UHGV virus genome: UHGV-2036287
Reading direction: 5' to 3' (one strand)
Source of the DNA: a virus
DNA length: 37,454 bases
Notes under the pieces: generated by a model
What the model was told of the DNA's origin: nothing
The model's input: only the letters and a program-made list of their open reading frames with translations
Databases searched by the model: none
Position numbers and translations under genes: made by a program
Shown: positions 1 through 9,694 of the stretch, piece after piece
Position numbering within the stretch: position 1 is the stretch's first letter
How the letters are laid out: each line of letters opens with the position of its first letter

Positions 1-62
1 ATGACAAAGTCATCGGGCATTATCTGAACATAAAACACTATCAATAAGTTGGAGTCATTACC
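1..62 (+). mobile_element. IS1 terminal fragment (right end with terminal inverted repeat); body of the element lies upstream of the window
   Basis: nt 1-62 (ATGACAAAGTCATCGGGCATTATCTGAACATAAAACACTATCAATAAGTTGGAGTCATTACC) matches the IS1 end sequence as I recall it; all three forward frames are closed within the first 47 nt. Confidence 0.8.
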
Positions 63-954
<892 letters not shown>

Positions 955-955
955 A

Positions 956-1009
<54 letters not shown>

Positions 1010-1044
1010 CAAAAACAGAACTCGCGCCAGCCTGATTGCAGATA

Positions 1045-1434
1045 TTACTCTTTTTTCTCCGTATCTACATCGGGTTCATCAGCAAATAGCTTGCCCTGCA
1101 TCCGATCCAGTTCTTCTTTTCTTACCCGCTTAACCACGCTGTAGACCCACTGAAGCGAAACACCAAATTTGCGGGCCAGTTCATGGTGGTTACGTCCGTT
1201 AAACTCCCTGAAGATTTCCCGGTCGCGCTGACTGACCTTCCATACCATGCCCATCGGGAAATAAACGTTTTGCCCGCCCCAGACCTGCATCATGCGGTTC
1301 GCGACGGCCTGACCAATCTGGTCGGCAATTGCGGGCTCAATATCAATAATCTCGCGAACGGTCTCAGAGGTATGCTGTGCCAGTTCCACCAGGAGTTCCG
1401 GCCCTTTACTTCGAAACTGATTCAGGTCGCTCAT
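1045..1434 (-). CDS. mor: Mor/C-family transcription activator (middle/late gene activator)
   Basis: 129 aa, same length as Mu Mor; C-terminal HTH (ELARKFGVSLQWVYSVVKR); last gene of the leftward early operon; RBS GGGAG 6 nt upstream. Confidence 0.7.
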   Translation of the reverse strand: MSDLNQFRSKGPELLVELAQHTSETVREIIDIEPAIADQIGQAVANRMMQVWGGQNVYFPMGMVWKVSQRDREIFREFNGRNHHELARKFGVSLQWVYSVVKRVRKEELDRMQGKLFADEPDVDTEKKE

Positions 1435-1858
1435 GTTTTACTCCCGCAGCTCTGCGCTGCCACTTCTTCAGTTTCTCAATAACACTGCTTGCCTGTTCAG
1501 TATTGAGCCAGCGCAGGGCGCTGATGCCCGTTTCCCGCTTGATCCACCGCGCTAATGCATTTTCTGAACGGTCACGAACAATGCCGGCAGCAGCCATTTC
1601 AAGCCATAGCGCACGGATTTTCCTGGACTGCGGATGGTTATCCAGCGGTAAACCGGAGCTGGCTTTTCTGGCAGGCTTAACGCGAAAGCCTTTCCTTTTC
1701 ATGGATTCCAGCACGCAGTTTAGTTGTGTGGTATCCATTCCTTTGGTTGAGGCTTTACCGGTCAGCCCCTGTAACATCTGGCGGTAGCTGTCTTCATCCA
1801 TACCCAGTTCATTACGGGCAATATGAATGAGCTGGATAAGACGTTGTTTAGTCATCAT
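1406..1858 (-). CDS. gemA: GemA-like protein (Mu gp16 family)
   Basis: N-terminus MMTKQRLIQLIHIARNELGMDEDSYRQMLQ resembles the GemA/gp16 family; start moved to the ATGATG at 1858 preceded by AAGGAG; position immediately upstream of mor as in Mu. Confidence 0.6.
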   Translation of the reverse strand: MMTKQRLIQLIHIARNELGMDEDSYRQMLQGLTGKASTKGMDTTQLNCVLESMKRKGFRVKPARKASSGLPLDNHPQSRKIRALWLEMAAAGIVRDRSENALARWIKRETGISALRWLNTEQASSVIEKLKKWQRRAAGVKHERPESVSK

Positions 1859-2063
1859 CGTTGCTCCTTCTGCCTGCATCACCGATATAATCGACATATA
1901 AAGGAAGTGCCACAGGCCAGCACAGGAACATCACCGACCAGCTAATCCAGTAACCGGCACCACTGTAACGTGAATAAAACCCTGAACGGCGGTGCAGTTC
2001 AGCAGTACACCAACCGACAAAACAATACCAGAACAGGGCACATACAACAGATTCAGCCGTCAT
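1848..2063 (-). CDS. Small hydrophobic (membrane) protein, hypothetical
   Basis: Internal Met of the 1848..2219 ORF; Trp/Cys-rich hydrophobic 71 aa; stop overlaps the gemA start (ATGATGACTAA). Confidence 0.3.
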   Translation of the reverse strand: MTAESVVCALFWYCFVGWCTAELHRRSGFYSRYSGAGYWISWSVMFLCWPVALPLYVDYIGDAGRRSNDDD

Positions 2064-2283
2064 TCTGAATATCCCCCCAACTGATATGAATATTACGGGC
2101 AGCAATGACAGGGTCTTTATTCCACCATGCACCTGACATGTATTTTTCAACCTGTTCGTGTCCGGCAATAACACCAATTGTGATCCCCGGCCTGACGTTC
2201 TTAAAAAAGGCGCGGGCAAAAAGGTATCTGGCAGATATTCGGCAGGCTTTTAATTTCCGGCTGTTACCTGATAACGTAATCAT
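2053..2283 (-). CDS. Hypothetical early protein
   Basis: 76-aa ORF whose start abuts the upstream gene's stop; no recognisable motif. Confidence 0.3.
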   Translation of the reverse strand: MITLSGNSRKLKACRISARYLFARAFFKNVRPGITIGVIAGHEQVEKYMSGAWWNKDPVIAARNIHISWGDIQNDG

Positions 2284-2963
2284 CTGGCCTCCAGTTTCTG
2301 CTGTTCCCGCCCACTGACCGGTCGGTGCAGTCTGACGTTCTGCCCTTCTCGAAACCCCGCATAGCGCGAGGCGTCGCCATTGCGACTTCTTCCCGGTTTA
2401 CGCGCCCTGGTGGTTTGCGTCTGCGGGTATTTATGTTCCAGCCACTGCTGCATCAGTTCACGTTCGTCATCGGTCAAGGCGAAGGACTGTATTTCACTGA
2501 TAACGGCCAGCACCCAGCCTTCAGCAAACTGGTCTCCACGGCTGGTGCGGGTGGCGGTTTTTATTCTTTTGTTCTGTGCACTGATATACTGCTGACGCGC
2601 CTTTTTCAGCTGACGGGCCAGCACTTCCCAGGTGTACGCGGCCAGTGCGGCCCGTTCCCGGTTGCCGTAGAACCCCACACCCGGATATGTGCCGGGGTGA
2701 ATGATGGAGTTAACACCAAATGCCTCGCGGATGATGTTCATCAGGCCCAGCATGTAGCGCGGCGGACGGAGGCTGCCTGTCGGCCAGTAGTGACTGATGG
2801 TTTCATCAATATCACTCATGGCGATGTCGGAATGTGTGATGCCGTGAACATCCATCAGTTTACGGGCGCGGCGCAGTGCCAGAGCGGCCTCGTGAGGGTT
2901 GCCGGATGCGGCCAGCGCCAGCAACTTTTTCAGTTTCTCAATGTGTTTATCCTGGTCTGTCAT
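2280..2963 (-). CDS. DUF2786-like early protein
   Basis: N-terminal KIEKLKKLLALAASGNPHEAALALRRARKLM motif typical of DUF2786 proteins in Mu-like early regions (from memory). Confidence 0.45.
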   Translation of the reverse strand: MTDQDKHIEKLKKLLALAASGNPHEAALALRRARKLMDVHGITHSDIAMSDIDETISHYWPTGSLRPPRYMLGLMNIIREAFGVNSIIHPGTYPGVGFYGNRERAALAAYTWEVLARQLKKARQQYISAQNKRIKTATRTSRGDQFAEGWVLAVISEIQSFALTDDERELMQQWLEHKYPQTQTTRARKPGRSRNGDASRYAGFREGQNVRLHRPVSGREQQKLEAR

Positions 2964-3265
2964 TGTTCAGTATCTCCGGTGTACATGACGCCCAGCCGTG
3001 CGGCAAGGCGTTCCAGTTTTTTCTGTTTGTGGAAGTCAATCAGCCGGTCCATCCCCTGAAGGCGCAGCTGCTCTGTCATGATTTCCACGTCTGCCAGCTC
3101 TGCCGCGAGGTCACTTTCGCTGCCCTGTCCGTTCAGGTTGCGGGCAGCACTGGCCGCCAGTTCAGCGGCCTCTTCTGTCAGTTTCAGGGCCTGTGCATCC
3201 GGACCGAAACGCTGCAGGGCCAGACGGTAGAGGGCGGTGCGGGTGAGTTCGGTGTTCCGTGTCAT
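2960..3265 (-). CDS. Small MazG-like nucleotide pyrophosphohydrolase-domain protein (putative)
   Basis: 101 aa with LKLTEEAAELAASA and LAAELADVEIMTEQL segments resembling the EExxE and ELxDV metal-binding helices of MazG-type proteins; by-eye only. Confidence 0.4.
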   Translation of the reverse strand: MTRNTELTRTALYRLALQRFGPDAQALKLTEEAAELAASAARNLNGQGSESDLAAELADVEIMTEQLRLQGMDRLIDFHKQKKLERLAARLGVMYTGDTEQ

Positions 3266-3274
3266 GCCGCGCCC

Positions 3275-3547
3275 TCAGTGTTTCCGGTCGACGGTGATGT
3301 TCAGGCCGCCTTCTGCAGTGGTTTCCACCCGGTACGGCACCTCGTGCTCTGCCGTGTGGGTGAGTGTGTTCATCAGTACCTGCAGGGCAGCCGCCTTTCC
3401 GTTGGTTGCCACAATGGCCTGAGCGGCCATGCTGATTAACGCCGTCAGGACGTGCTTCACATCGGTGAGGTCGCGGCATTCACACTCGTTGACATAGTGT
3501 TCAACAAGGGTTCGGGTGCGCTGTCGTGCTTCCTGTGGGGTAATCAT
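3275..3547 (-). CDS. Hypothetical early protein
   Basis: 90-aa ORF in the operon, coupled to neighbours; no motif recognised. Confidence 0.4.
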   Translation of the reverse strand: MITPQEARQRTRTLVEHYVNECECRDLTDVKHVLTALISMAAQAIVATNGKAAALQVLMNTLTHTAEHEVPYRVETTAEGGLNITVDRKH

Positions 3548-3738
3548 TGCGCGTCCTCCCTGTCAGGGCGGGAGAATTCCATGACGGGCACGTCCGCCGA
3601 AAAATGCTGGCTGCAGTACGGACAGACCAGGGTGACGCGTACCGCAGGGATGTGGTATTTACCGGACATCACGGCGATGGCGCTGTGAAAACGCAGGGCT
3701 GTTATATCCCTCTCGCACTGAATACATTTAAATATCAT
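3544..3738 (-). CDS. Small zinc-ribbon protein (two CxxC pairs)
   Basis: 64 aa with CIQC and CPYC motifs; RBS GAGGA upstream of the ATG. Confidence 0.45.
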   Translation of the reverse strand: MIFKCIQCERDITALRFHSAIAVMSGKYHIPAVRVTLVCPYCSQHFSADVPVMEFSRPDREDAQ

Positions 3739-3835
3739 AATTTAATTCTCCTCTGTTTCCGGCGTGCAGAAGCCCACGGCGCTGACGCCGGAATAAAAAA
3801 GAAAATGTTTTTATTAAATAATTAACGTGGTGTGT

Positions 3836-4366
3836 TTACTGCACATCCTGCTCAAAAGGAATTATTGAAAAATCCTCAATGTCGCTTTTAATGGAAATAC
3901 CGGGAATATTTTTCACGGCCTCTTTTTCATTCAGGATAGCGTCTTTATTTATTTCCTCTTTTACACGAATAAAGCGCTCAAGCCCCAGACGTCTCAGTAA
4001 TTCAATAACATTATCCGCCCCACGGATACTGACTGATGGCGGACGGTTTCGCCACTGCACCTCGCCGGTGGTGAGGTTAGCGAACTTCACCTTCCCGTTG
4101 CCGGTCAGTTCATCACGGTGCGCCTCACACCATGTCTGGATACCGGACTGCAGTTCGGCCATGCGTTTTTTCAGGCTCTCGGTGAGCGGGGCATAACGTG
4201 CAGTGATGTCGCCAATGGTGTCATTCATTTCTGTTTCAGCCCTGACCAGTTCACGTTGCGCGTCACCAAGCAGTCTGATTCCCTCAATGACCTCTTCGCG
4301 TGTCCCCGGCACCCAGAGTGCTGCTGCGGCTTTGATACGTTTTGCCCCTTTTGTACTTTTTGCCAT
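3836..4366 (-). CDS. gam: Gam-like host-nuclease inhibitor (DNA-end binding)
   Basis: 176 aa (Mu Gam is about 174 aa); coiled-coil N-terminus and conserved C-terminal region; position downstream of A and B as in Mu. Confidence 0.7.
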   Translation of the reverse strand: MAKSTKGAKRIKAAAALWVPGTREEVIEGIRLLGDAQRELVRAETEMNDTIGDITARYAPLTESLKKRMAELQSGIQTWCEAHRDELTGNGKVKFANLTTGEVQWRNRPPSVSIRGADNVIELLRRLGLERFIRVKEEINKDAILNEKEAVKNIPGISIKSDIEDFSIIPFEQDVQ

Positions 4367-4393
4367 ATTTTATGACTCCTCCTGTTGTGCTGA

Positions 4394-4663
4394 TTACCAC
4401 AAAGATTCCGGCCACACGACGCGACAGCCGTGCAGTTCGAAAACGCCCTGACGGAAATGTCCCCTGTGGTCATGACCGGTATACAGATAACAGGCCTTTC
4501 CCTGCTCAAGCATGCGCATGCAATGCGCACTCCGGGAAACGCGGATGACAGGTTTGTTACCCCTGATGGTGATGCTTTGTACATCCGTGTTCGTCGCCTT
4601 AAGCGCCATAATGGCTGACTGCACTTTGCTGATTTGCTGGTTGATACCTGTGGTGGATTTCAT
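4394..4663 (-). CDS. Hypothetical early protein (occupies the Mu kil position)
   Basis: 89-aa ORF starting 3 nt after the B stop. Confidence 0.4.
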   Translation of the reverse strand: MKSTTGINQQISKVQSAIMALKATNTDVQSITIRGNKPVIRVSRSAHCMRMLEQGKACYLYTGHDHRGHFRQGVFELHGCRVVWPESLW

Positions 4664-4665
4664 TA

Positions 4666-5832
4666 TTAAACCCCTTTGACAACGTCAGCGTTGACCTGTG
4701 GAACCCCGATTTCAGCGGCCAGATTCATGGCGGCTATTACCAGGTTACTGACGGCCAGCGGATACAGCAGGCTGACCATATTTTTACGATGACTTCCCGG
4801 ATTGCTCAGGCGGGCACGTATGGCATCCACTGCGCTGGCGTCCATAATGTCCGTCAGTTGTTTACCGGCCCGTTGCAGTTTGAACGTCAGAAACTCTTCA
4901 AGGTTATTGTCCAGAGGCAGAAGTTCGACCACCTCACAGCGCTGAACGACTTCACGGACTTCCATATTGCGTTCAGACAGTTTTGTCGCCAGTTCCGGCT
5001 GGCCAATCAGCACGATGGACAGCAGTTTTTTGAAACCGGACTCCAGCTCAAAAAAGCGTTTGAGGTGTTTCAGTGTCGGAATGGGCAGACTGTGGGCCTC
5101 CTCAATCACCAGAACGTGGCTGAACCCCGCCTGGCTGCTGTCTTTCAGGACGCGATGCAACTGGCGAAAGCGGGCGTCCTGACTGCGTCTGATGCTTTCC
5201 AGTGGTGCGATGGTACTGATAATGGCTTCGGCAATCGCTGCTGCCTTCAGGGTTTTCCCTTTCACATCGTTGTCTTCCATAGCGATGATGTATGGCTCGA
5301 TAACAATTACCGGCGCATTCTCGCGGTTGATACGTTCAGTCAGGTCGCGGCGCAGCGTGGATTTACCCGCACCGGACTCACCGATGACGGCCATAAATCC
5401 ACCATGACGGGCTGTCTGGTACAGCGCCTCACGCACATAGCGGATGTCCGGGGTGGTGAACACATCATCAGAACCCTGCATGGCTTCGTCGGCGAACGGG
5501 TCACGGAAAAGACCAAACGCTTTTTTGGTTGCTGGAAATAACACCTGTTTTTTGAGTAACATATTCTCTTCCTCACTGAGGCTCGTTTTATCTGTGGTAC
5601 CCGCTGTACGGGGCGTGGCCGCGACCTGTACAGCATCAAAACTCTTCGTTGTATCAATCCCCTGACTTTCCAGCCAGGACGCAAGACGCCGGCGCACTTC
5701 TCCGGGGCGGGTGCGGGGCCACGCGTTATGATTCACAATCTGGGCCAGCGTGGCCTCAGAAACATCGACAGCTCTCGCCACCACCGCCTGTGAGATACGG
5801 GCCTCTTTCAGTTGCTGCTTCAGTACCAGCAT
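4666..5832 (-). CDS. Transposition ATPase, Mu B-like (AAA+; target DNA activator)
   Basis: Walker A GESGAGKST and Walker B-like VLVIEEAH; N-terminal HTH-like region; start moved to ATG 5832 preceded by GAGGAG (the ORF track begins at a GTG at 5871). Confidence 0.75.
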   Translation of the reverse strand: MLVLKQQLKEARISQAVVARAVDVSEATLAQIVNHNAWPRTRPGEVRRRLASWLESQGIDTTKSFDAVQVAATPRTAGTTDKTSLSEEENMLLKKQVLFPATKKAFGLFRDPFADEAMQGSDDVFTTPDIRYVREALYQTARHGGFMAVIGESGAGKSTLRRDLTERINRENAPVIVIEPYIIAMEDNDVKGKTLKAAAIAEAIISTIAPLESIRRSQDARFRQLHRVLKDSSQAGFSHVLVIEEAHSLPIPTLKHLKRFFELESGFKKLLSIVLIGQPELATKLSERNMEVREVVQRCEVVELLPLDNNLEEFLTFKLQRAGKQLTDIMDASAVDAIRARLSNPGSHRKNMVSLLYPLAVSNLVIAAMNLAAEIGVPQVNADVVKGV

Positions 5833-5842
5833 GTTTTCCTCC

Positions 5843-7612
5843 TCAGTTGCCGTTAACAATGCTGATAACACTGCTGCGGGCCGGCGTGGTCAGCGTGGCC
5901 ATGACTTCATCCAGTGCGGCTTCCGGTACGCCGTCCGGGTACTGTGCCGTTAACTGGCGGTAATGTTCCGGCGTCCAGGTAAGGCCGTCGGCGCTGAACT
6001 TATCGCGCAGGGCTTTCGCGGCCTCCACATGAGTCATGGGACGTTGTTCAGTGCGCGGCCCGCGTACGTCAGAGGCCTGACCGCGCTTCGGCATATAGGC
6101 CGGAAGTGTGGCGTCATCAATATGTTTATACGGGTCAAGCCGCCCGCCGAACGGCAGCGCCTTCGCCTTGCGTGCGGCAGCTGCATCTGTGGCGTTGTCT
6201 GTACCGGTGACCAGTGCTTCAGTTTCTTTTGCCGCCGTCTGCGCCGGTGTTTCCGGCAGGGCTTTGTAACTTTCGCCAAATACCGCCGCGCCTTCAGCAA
6301 AGCCAAACTCGTTCTTTCTGACCTCTTCGACCAGGAAGAACGTCTCGTGGCCGTCCTCACCGGTCAGAACCACCTGTGCCACATCGCTGCGCCACGGGTT
6401 ACGGGTAATCATCAGTTTTTCACCGACCAGTACGCCCGGTACCGTTGATACGTCAAATTCAGTGCCCCGGAACGAGACACGAAGTTTTGGCGTGACTTTG
6501 CGGAGTTCTGGCGCCGCCACAGCCAGTTCACGACATACCTCAACGGAAGGCGCTTTTTTCAGCTGCTCAGCAGTAATCTTCAGCCAGATATCCGTGCGGG
6601 TTTTACCGTGGCGGCTGTGAACAGCCGTGGCGTTAAAGTGGCTGCGCCATTTCGCGGCCAGCGCGTTGAGTTCTTCCAGACTGTGAACCGGCCGGAACTT
6701 CAGACCCGGCTCCAGCTTGCGTTCGATAATGTCTCGCGCCTTTTCCACCTGTCCGGTGGCGCGGGCGTTATGCGGCTTGTGCGCTATCAGGTCAATGCCC
6801 AGTGAGCGGCACATGTTTTTCGTCATACCCGCGGTGTTTGCCGAGCCGGGGTCGAGATAGAGTATTTTTGGCACGCCGTGCAGCACGTCTGCGCCGCCAC
6901 GCTCCTGCATGGCGTTGATAAGCACAGAACACAGGTTCTCACCGGATTCCGCACCCGTCACATACTCAACGTAAATCCAGCCGCTGGCATGGTCGGTAAT
7001 CTCATAACTCCACACGCGGTCACTGGCGATACGGGCAAGGTTAGCGGGCTTGTTCTTGTAGAATTTCGCGCTGTCCATCACCTGCAGCCCTTTGTGTCCA
7101 TTGCTCAAGTAGTAAAGCGTGCAGAGCGAGGCATCAATCTGCCAGACATGATTGGGATGCAGACTGGCCACTTCGGTATGCGGCGCAGGGGCATCCAGTT
7201 GTTCCGGGTGCAGGCCATAGTTACGCAGGGCACGGCTGATGGCATCTTCGGACAACGGGAAAAACTCACCGGTGGTTTCATCTGTTCTGCCTGCGGAGAT
7301 AAAGCCGTTAGCCCGCAGGGTTTCCACTGCATCCGCGATGGAATAGAGACGCTTACCGTTCTTGCGGGTGGCCTCACGCAGTGTGGCAGATATCAGCGCG
7401 GCTTCGTCGCGGGTCAGGGCGCTGCGCCCGGCATCGGCGCGTTTTTTGCGTTTATCAGTCACAGAGACCTCCTTCAGCCTGCGCAGCAGAGTGGCGCGGG
7501 ACATGCCAAGTTCAGCACAGGCAGCGTCGTATATTGCACCGCGTTTACCATGCCCCGCGTCACGTGCCGCGCGGGCGACATAAACCAGTCGTTCAGTCAG
7601 GGCAGCATTCAT
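5843..7612 (-). CDS. DDE transposase, Mu A-like (rve/integrase core)
   Basis: 589 aa; HVWQIDAS motif marking the first catalytic Asp; N-terminal HTH; RBS GGAGG upstream; followed by overlapping B gene. Confidence 0.8.
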   Translation of the reverse strand: MNAALTERLVYVARAARDAGHGKRGAIYDAACAELGMSRATLLRRLKEVSVTDKRKKRADAGRSALTRDEAALISATLREATRKNGKRLYSIADAVETLRANGFISAGRTDETTGEFFPLSEDAISRALRNYGLHPEQLDAPAPHTEVASLHPNHVWQIDASLCTLYYLSNGHKGLQVMDSAKFYKNKPANLARIASDRVWSYEITDHASGWIYVEYVTGAESGENLCSVLINAMQERGGADVLHGVPKILYLDPGSANTAGMTKNMCRSLGIDLIAHKPHNARATGQVEKARDIIERKLEPGLKFRPVHSLEELNALAAKWRSHFNATAVHSRHGKTRTDIWLKITAEQLKKAPSVEVCRELAVAAPELRKVTPKLRVSFRGTEFDVSTVPGVLVGEKLMITRNPWRSDVAQVVLTGEDGHETFFLVEEVRKNEFGFAEGAAVFGESYKALPETPAQTAAKETEALVTGTDNATDAAAARKAKALPFGGRLDPYKHIDDATLPAYMPKRGQASDVRGPRTEQRPMTHVEAAKALRDKFSADGLTWTPEHYRQLTAQYPDGVPEAALDEVMATLTTPARSSVISIVNGN

Positions 7613-7615
7613 TGG

Positions 7616-8527
7616 TTATGCCTCCAGCCCGTTAATCTGTGGCGTCGGCTCAGTCAGCCATGAAGGCGCTGCATTGCCTGTTGGCTCGTCCGGCAGGTCA
7701 AATGTGGAGCGCAGGCTACGCGCTGTGCTTTCCAGTTGACAGACCAGGCCTGCCATGAAGTCTCTGGGGGTATCAATCATGTTTTCAGCACAATATGCGC
7801 ACAGTGTCTCAAAAGCGCTGGACAGTCGGACGGCGATAGCAGATTCCGCCTCAACCGCTAATGCTGTCACTTCCGCCCGCAGCTTCTTAACCTCCTCATC
7901 AGGCTCAGGCGGCTGAATACGGGATTTCTTTTCCAGTCTGGTAGAGAGAGAATCAATTTTTTCATTTTTATCGGCGAGTACGCGCTGTTGTGCTGCGTTG
8001 GTTTCGCGCGCTTCGCGCAGGGCCTGGCGAAGTTCGCGTACTGACATGCGATCAACGTCGTCAAGCGTCAGGCCGGCAACAGTGCCACCATCAGCCAGTT
8101 CGGCAAGGTTTTCATCGTCTTCCGTCATTAACTCGAATAATTTGGCTTTTCCTAAAAGCGCAAACGTCTGCGCTTTTGACTCAAGTTGTGGTGATAAATA
8201 TTTTATTGATGCCTGCATCATTACCTGTGCAGTACGCTTTGACATTGATAATTCAGACTCGACAATATTTATGAAATCACCATGTGGTTCATTTTCTTTC
8301 AGTATTATCAGTCGTTTACCTGCCTCTAGCATGGCCTCAGCACTTTGTGCCATATAAAAGCGTGCTTCGTGAACAATGCGATCTCGTTCATAAGGCAGAC
8401 CATCGCCGAACTGCTGCATGATCTCCACGCGGTGTTGTGCCATGGTATTAAGACTGATGTTGAGATCATCAGACAGCGGCACCTCAGCATTCAGATCAGT
8501 GGACATTGGTGATTTGGTACGTCCCAT
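7616..8527 (-). CDS. Hypothetical early protein (coiled-coil rich)
   Basis: 303-aa ORF with strong RBS (AGGAG 7 nt upstream), ending 4 nt before the transposase start. Confidence 0.5.
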   Translation of the reverse strand: MGRTKSPMSTDLNAEVPLSDDLNISLNTMAQHRVEIMQQFGDGLPYERDRIVHEARFYMAQSAEAMLEAGKRLIILKENEPHGDFINIVESELSMSKRTAQVMMQASIKYLSPQLESKAQTFALLGKAKLFELMTEDDENLAELADGGTVAGLTLDDVDRMSVRELRQALREARETNAAQQRVLADKNEKIDSLSTRLEKKSRIQPPEPDEEVKKLRAEVTALAVEAESAIAVRLSSAFETLCAYCAENMIDTPRDFMAGLVCQLESTARSLRSTFDLPDEPTGNAAPSWLTEPTPQINGLEA

Positions 8528-8537
8528 TGATTACTCC

Positions 8538-8846
8538 TTATAAACGACTACCTGAAATGACACGTTGGTTGATTTCGTTAATACGATCCTGCGCTCGTGC
8601 CATCTCGTTACTGTGAGCCATGGCGATCTGCAGTAACTGGATGCCCGGTGCAAAACGTCCATTCTCCAGTTTCAGGGCCAGCCCTTCTTCAATGAGGGTG
8701 TTGAGTGCCCGATTAATGTTTGCTGGTGACTCGTGCAGTGCTGCCGCCAGTTCACCGTTGGAGATACCGTTCAGAGCGTGGCCACGTAACGCCTTAAGAA
8801 CACGCAAAATACGGGTACCTGCGCTTGATGTATTTGGTTTATTCAT
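8538..8846 (-). CDS. Winged-HTH DNA-binding protein (putative early regulator)
   Basis: ILRVLKALRGHALNGISNGELAAALHESPANINRALNTLIEEGL looks like an IclR/MarR-type wHTH; RBS AGGAGG; ATGA overlap with the upstream gene. Confidence 0.5.
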   Translation of the reverse strand: MNKPNTSSAGTRILRVLKALRGHALNGISNGELAAALHESPANINRALNTLIEEGLALKLENGRFAPGIQLLQIAMAHSNEMARAQDRINEINQRVISGSRL

Positions 8847-9067
8847 GACACCTCCTTAAGGATACCGGGGGTAACTTCTTTACCTATTGCAACCGATAGA
8901 TCTCGCAAAATCCGATAAGTCAAACGACCACGTGGTAGTTCACTTTTACCAGCCCAGCGACTGACTGCCTGTGTGACTGTTCGTGGCTCATAGCCTGCGT
9001 TAAGCGCGAACTGGCGCAAGCTACTGCCTCGTTCAACTAGTCGTGCCCGAACTTGTTGTTTATTCAT
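8843..9067 (-). CDS. ner: Ner-like DNA-binding regulator (Nlp/Ner family)
   Basis: 74 aa; LRQFALNAGYEPRTVTQAVSRWAGKSE parallels Mu Ner (LSRQFGYAPTTLANALERHWPKGE, from memory); first gene of the early operon, divergent from the repressor. Confidence 0.6.
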   Translation of the reverse strand: MNKQQVRARLVERGSSLRQFALNAGYEPRTVTQAVSRWAGKSELPRGRLTYRILRDLSVAIGKEVTPGILKEVS

Positions 9068-9125
9068 ATGCGGATAGTTCCAGTTGGGTTATCATGTACT
9101 CAATATGAATAAATGTACTTATTCA
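9060..9125. promoter_or_regulatory. Repressor/early-operon control region with operator-like half-sites
   Basis: Perfect inverted repeat TGAATAA-N6-TTATTCA at 9106-9125 plus another TTATTCA at 9060-9066 overlapping the ner start codon, in the 74-bp gap between divergent ner and repressor genes. Confidence 0.35.
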
Positions 9126-9155
9126 AAATAAATAAATCAAGTGGAATTACGCAAA

Positions 9156-9572
9156 ATGAATAACAAAGATGTTAACGCTGTGCTTTCCCGGTTAATGTCA
9201 CTATTCCAAGCAGAGAATGATAGTGAGTTGGCAAGAGCGCTTAACGTCAATAGGCAGACACTTGCAAGTTGGAGGAAGCGTGATTCTGTGCCTTATGCAA
9301 TTTGCATAAACATCGCAGAAGAAAAGGGGGTTTCTTTAGATTGGTTGCTAACAGGTAGAAAACAAGGTTTATCAAAAGAAGTAGACGTAACTCCGACGCA
9401 AGTGCAGTTTAGCCAAGCTGACCTTACTATGCTTGAGCTTTTAAAGCAGCTAGACCCCGAGGTTCGTAACGATCTTCTGCGAGGCGCTGCGGAAAAACAG
9501 CGAGTGATCGAGATGGAAAAACAACTGAAGGAATTATCCGCAACGATTGAGCGGTTAAAAAATGTGGGTTAA
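9156..9572 (+). CDS. CI-type phage repressor (HTH N-terminus, coiled-coil C-terminus)
   Basis: NDSELARALNVNRQTLASWRKRDSVPYAICINIAEEKGVSLDWLLTG resembles the phage CI repressor N-terminal domain; divergent from ner; no Shine-Dalgarno (possibly leaderless); the ORF could also start at GTG 9141. Confidence 0.65.
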   Translation: MNNKDVNAVLSRLMSLFQAENDSELARALNVNRQTLASWRKRDSVPYAICINIAEEKGVSLDWLLTGRKQGLSKEVDVTPTQVQFSQADLTMLELLKQLDPEVRNDLLRGAAEKQRVIEMEKQLKELSATIERLKNVG

Positions 9573-9694
9573 TCTATTCCCAATGAGAACAATTGACAAG
9601 GTTATCAAACCTCTTCGTTATATGCGCTGATTTAAACAGTAGGATGTGCTGTTTGCACTAACCATCTGAACTTTCCGCGTTAAGGATTAATCGT

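Noticed and set aside
2325-3059. 244-aa plus-strand ORF, with similar ones at 4789..5541 and 6878..7663
   Set aside because: Antisense to well-supported early genes (DUF2786-like, B ATPase, transposase); no RBS and no recognisable domains.
3739-3835. Inverted repeat CCGGCGT-N19-ACGCCGG as a terminator
   Set aside because: For the minus-strand operon the U-rich tract precedes the stem rather than following it, and the stem is only 7 bp with a large loop; not convincing as a terminator.
4225-4584. 119-aa minus-strand ORF between B and gam
   Set aside because: Overlaps both the gam-like gene and the 89-aa ORF in another frame; Cys/Arg-rich translation.
9141-9572. Mu c-type repressor
   Set aside because: The protein has a CI-type HTH N-terminus and coiled-coil C-terminus and lacks the transposase-like N-terminal domain expected of Mu c; annotated as CI-type instead.
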